A DNA stretch of 63,904 nucleotides, counting the filler, from Octopus bimaculoides (Eukaryota): the NCBI RefSeq assembly GCF_001194135.2. It is 6 parts of 3 records of this genome, joined end to end, with 100 filler letters (N's around TTAATTAATTAA, not from the genome) between each part and the next. Parts side by side here need not be neighbours in the genome. Positions count along the whole stretch, not along the records: positions 62,582 to 63,904 come from NC_069006.1; 5 more parts are not named here. One strand, given 5' to 3'. Below are positions 63,202 to 63,904 of this stretch, piece by piece. The notes beneath the pieces were generated by a model that worked only from the letters and a program-made list of their open reading frames with translations, searched no databases and was not told where the DNA came from. The first letter of the stretch is position 1. Every line of letters starts with the position of its first letter. Position numbers and translations under genes: made by a program.

Positions 63202-63396
63202 CTAAACAGGGAAAAGGGAAGAACGAGAGAGCGAGAGATATGGAGAGAGAGAGAGTAGAAAAGAGAGGGAGTAGAAAAGAGAGGAAGTAGAAAATAGAGA
63301 GAGAGAGGGGTAGATAGGGGGAGTGAGAGGTAGAGAGAGACATTACAATTTATTACTATTTATTAATTCAACACAAAACTGCTCCTCCGTCGGTTG

Positions 63397-63683
63397 CCAT
63401 GATGAGTGTTCTAGTTGATCCGATCAACGGAACAGCCTGCTCAGGGAATCAACGTGCAAGTGGCTGAGTAATCCACAGACATGCGTACCCTCAACATAGT
63501 TCTCAAGGAAATTCAACGTGATATAGAGTGTGACCCTATGCTGGCCCTTTGAAAGACAGTTACAACTCCTTTTTGCCAGCGGAGTGGACTGGAGTAACGT
63601 GAAGTAAAGCATCCTGCTGAAGGATGCAACGCACCGCCAGGAATCGAACTCGGGTACCCTAACCACTAAGCCACGCATCTTCG
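63397..63683 (-). mobile_element. tRNA-derived SINE family C
   Basis: Minus-strand head GTGGCTTAGTGGTTAG...GAGTTCGATTCCTGG; body colinear with 20100-20393. Confidence 0.85.
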
Positions 63684-63819
63684 AACACACACACACACAC
63701 ACAGGCAAACAGAGACAGAGAAAGATTGCGATTTATTAAATGAAAACAAGTGACAAACTGTTTCTCTCCTCAAACACATAAAGAGAGAAAGAGAGACAGA
63801 TAGAGGCGTCTTTAAGGGT

Positions 63820-63904
63820 CTCGCGAAAGGCCTGGTTGGAGATCCAGTCGTCCGAGTTCTTTTACAGGGCTTAGAAAAACTGAAGGACTGCTGCTATAAG
63901 TGTG
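63820..63904 (+). mobile_element. Mariner transposase C-terminal fragment
   Basis: AWLEIQSSEFF..GLEKLKDCCYKC resembles the mariner tail WLxxQxxEFFxxGIxKLxxRWxKC. Confidence 0.6.

Noticed and set aside
63860-63904. TTCTTTTACAG|GGC acceptor with open frame GLEKLKDCCYKC as a host exon
   Set aside because: Better explained as a mariner transposase C-terminus that continues upstream of the AG.

Overview
Animal genomic DNA from a gappy draft assembly. It is AT-rich and microsatellite-dense, with many N runs; five of these are about 100-bp joins containing an artificial TTAATTAATTAA linker. The SINE/LINE repertoire resembles what I know from octopus (coleoid cephalopod) genomes, but that assignment is inference. 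I see no intact protein-coding gene, CRISPR array, tRNA gene or full rRNA gene, and almost all supplied ORFs are translations of microsatellites, N runs or decayed transposons. Recognisable content: three tRNA-derived SINE families (about 25 copies, one family also dimeric); a near full-length decayed RTE LINE plus a younger 3' fragment; at least six R4/Dong-type copies, most abutting (TAA)n; an L1/Tx1 endonuclease fragment; five Tc1/mariner remnants; two foldback MITEs; a Gypsy 3' end and a solo LTR of the same family; a Helentron-type non-autonomous element enclosing a Gypsy integrase fragment; a decayed 28S rDNA fragment; and a few weak candidate host exons. The most interesting signal is a roughly 500-bp repeat present twice in inverted, circularly permuted form (59.3-60.8 kb) that carries a type I hammerhead-ribozyme-like motif. 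This resembles a retrozyme or Penelope terminal repeat, and weaker hammerhead-like motifs occur at 38.8 and 62.1 kb. All calls are by eye; no searches or folding programs were run.
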